Below are positions 62,933 to 64,000 of a DNA stretch of 64,000 nt, in pieces. This DNA comes from Okamejei kenojei (lineage: Eukaryota), in contig CM069155.1 of NCBI GenBank assembly GCA_035221665.1, positions 29,822,001 through 29,886,000 on the forward strand, in the 5' to 3' direction. Numbering within the stretch: position 1 is the first letter of the stretch; each line of letters begins with the position of its first letter. Below the pieces are notes generated by a model. That model did not search any database, was not told where the DNA came from, and was given only the letters and a program-made list of their open reading frames with translations. The translations under genes were made by a program, and so were the position numbers.

Positions 62933-64000
62933 CCGCTCCATAATTTGACTCCCAAAACTGGGACACATCTATATTCTTCTTCATTGTTCTCACTTTACAT
63001 GTTTCAAAAATACACAACCCTCTTAAATTATAATGTCCTTCCCTTAATTTTTTTTTAATACTAACAGGAAGGCTTTTATTCCTAACTCGGAAAAGTATTT
63101 CTAATGTCTTTACATGCACAGTATCCAAAAATGTTAAGGTACCGGACTTTATGAAAAATAGATTTGTAATTTCACGGTAAGAAACTTTATGTATTATTCT
63201 AATAGCTCTTTTCTGGAGTTTAATTATAGGTTCTACATTTGTTTTTTATACATTTCCCCAAACTTCAACACAATACGACATATATGGCATTATAAGCGAG
63301 CAATACAATATACACAAACACTTCTTATTCAACAGATCCTTTGTTTTAGTAAAGATTTGGATTTATGGATTAAATCAATGGATTTAAGATAATTTCCATT
63401 GGATGTATTCTATATGTGGCTTCCAACAAAGTTTATGATCTATAATCACTCCCAGGAATATTGTTTGATATACTCTTTCAATTTCAACTCCATTTAAATT
63501 CGATTTTATTTCACAATTAACCCTGTCACCACCAAACACCATCAATTTTGTTTTATTTTAATTTTGGGATAATTTATTAATATCAAACCATTTTTTTAGC
63601 ACTATCAATTCTCTTTCTGTTGTTTTCAATAGTTCTTTTATATCATTCCATTAATAAAATACATTTGTATCATCCGCAAATGTAACAAACTTCAACGTAT
63701 TGGATACTTTACAAATATCATTTAAATAAAGTATAAATAACTTTATACTTTATTCACCTGCATTGCTTTGTTTCTCTTCATGTTTTTTAGCAAGTATATA
63801 CCGTAACTCACTCCCATAGCCGCATATCTGAACAGATTTGAGAAATTTCTCGTCCTTTCCATATGGACTTTTCTCCCCCACATTGCCGTTCTGTCCAGAT
63901 ATATTTTAAATAGTCAGCAATTTGAATGAGGTTTTTCCTGCATCTGATATTAATGGCATGCATCAGTAAGTTCATCTCCTGACCTCCCTCCAGTACCACC

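Larger units (their letters stand above)
60325..63750 (-). mobile_element. L2/Crack-like LINE 3' part, interrupted by L1
   Basis: Minus-strand FADDTNV, KWFDINKLS and GVKLW motifs, a 3' stem GGATAGGC..TAAGC..GTCTATTCC and an (ATTC)n tail. Confidence 0.7.

Overview
Vertebrate genomic DNA, inferred to come from a cartilaginous fish (probably a skate or ray) from its Ig sequences and repeat families. The only host genes are two complete immunoglobulin light-chain clusters of the elasmobranch type II (lambda) class, on the + strand and about 33.6 kb apart. Each has a leader exon, an already joined VJ exon with no RSS, and a C exon (13059-16944 and 46694-49955). Both have canonical splice sites, open frames and matching promoter motifs. 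Shared non-coding blocks show the clusters are units of a tandem array that probably continues to the left of the window. Most of the remaining sequence is nested mobile DNA: L1, CR1, L2/Crack, Rex-Babar and RTE LINEs; Penelope elements and their hammerhead-bearing short derivatives; three DIRS1 tyrosine-recombinase retrotransposons; a gag-less Gypsy element; Helitrons; tRNA-derived SINEs; and a 3'-truncated U2 snRNA retrocopy. The most unusual details are a Gypsy primer-binding site extended into about 35 nt of tRNA-Leu with a mismatch at position 58, a mosaic divergence pattern between the two germline VJ exons, and two DIRS insertions 76 bp apart at TTAAT sites. All calls are from reading the sequence by eye; no searches were run. 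I found no evidence for a wholly new biological system beyond these observations.
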